From NCBI GenBank assembly GCA_012026655.1, contig JAAILG010002530.1:1-53557 (forward strand): a stretch of DNA of 53,557 nt. Direction: 5' to 3'. Below the pieces are notes generated by a model. That model was given only the letters and a program-made list of their open reading frames with translations. It did not search any database and was not told where the DNA came from. Position numbers and translations under genes: made by a program. Each line of letters begins with the position of its first letter. Within the stretch, counting starts at the first letter, position 1. Below are positions 52,433-53,557 of the stretch, in pieces. This DNA is from Hydrolagus affinis. Lineage: Eukaryota.

Positions 52433-53253
52433 GTGAGTGTGTGAAAGTATGGTGTTAAACTGAACGGGACACGCTGCACGACGACGGATTCCTATGTTTA
52501 AAGAATCCAGGATGTTTAAAGTATATCCTGGATTCATGTTCAGTGTGTTGTGTTGTTTATGTACCTTTTTTGTTTTTCCCCCTGTATAACACACCTGGCA
52601 GATTTAAAAGATTCCTTTACTTAACTGATATAAGTTAAGTAAGTTAAGGGCGGGCGGGGTGGGTGCGCGGGTAAGAAGACAGAACAAAGCAAGTAGAGTG
52701 TTTTTAGCCTGAAGCCAGGGAAAAAATTCAAAGCATCTGGTTTGAGGATTGGAAGAAAAATAAAATTCAAAGGCTGGGATACAAATATAATATCGAAATG
52801 AGAATGAACCTAATCCCATCTAATCCATTACGTCTGTTTAAGGAGCCAATTCAGTCACTCTTTGCTTTCCTCTTCCTTTCTCTAAGCTTGGATCCCCACA
52901 TTCCCTTCTGAACGTCGAGAGCTGATTCCATATTGAGTGTTTCAAGGTCAATATTTTCTGGCAACGTATTGGCTTCATTTCTTTCTGTTGCCTTTATGCA
53001 ACACAATTTGAATTGATTCAATTAAGTTTGCCAATTGAATTGACACTAAAAATGTTGTACAACGGAGGATTGAACAATACTACTGCCTGGCATTGCTTCA
53101 GATTTGTCCTGTGCTGAATAATTCTGAGGGAATAGTCTTAACTCAGGTCAGATTGCCTACAATGCAAAGCTAAGATTTAAAACTGGATTTTCTGGACTGC
53201 CCTAAAGCATTTCAATAGAGAGTCTTGTCACATTCCCATTTCTTTTTAGTAAT

Positions 53254-53366
53254 TACCGTATATCTCCGCGTATAAGGCGCACTTTTTTGCACGTCGGAAG
53301 ATCTCGGAAGTTGGGGGTGCGCCCTATACGCAGGTACAAGAAATTTTGAGCCTCGGAAATACAGTA
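53254..53366. mobile_element. TcMar-Tc2-like non-autonomous element end
   Basis: TA|CCGTATATCTCCGCGTATAAGGCGCAC with inner inverted copy GTGCGCCCTATACG. Possible far terminus cggaaatacag|TA. CCGTA ends with TA TSD recalled for the Tc2/Kanga group. Confidence 0.65.
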
Positions 53367-53557
53367 AACAGGAGGGGCGGCCGGCACGCTGTCAGCCGGG
53401 GTTTGGTCAGTGTCCGGCGGGGGTTGGGAGGAGCGGGTGATAGCGCTTCGGCCTCGGCCGCCCGGGCAGCGGCAGCAGCAGCGGACTTCAGTGCTGTGCT
53501 TGCTGCCTGCCTTCTGCCTAACCCAGTCTGCCTCCCTCCCTGCCGCTCTCTCTCCCT

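Overview
Vertebrate genomic DNA, AT-rich and CpG-depleted. The repeat content (DeuSINEs, tRNA/L2-tail SINEs, CR1, L2, a Penelope-type hairpin) suggests a cartilaginous fish; this is an inference. The whole window lies inside a + strand glypican gene, best matching GPC4 rather than GPC6. Five coding exons with GT-AG borders are readable: exon 2 (20974-21132, missed by the ORF track), exon 3 (36843-37234), exon 4 (44945-45110), exon 5 (51028-51158) and exon 6 (52289-52432). Exon 1 and the 3' exons lie outside the window. The introns hold many retroposon copies, two copies of a CpG-rich hAT-type MITE (one complete with an 8-bp TSD), a TcMar/Tc2-like end, and a fold-back element with a minimal hammerhead-ribozyme-like core just downstream of exon 4. 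I see no new multi-gene system. The best leads are the sense-strand intronic hammerhead-like hairpin and the motif-carrying MITE family. All family assignments are from recall and visual comparison, not database searches.
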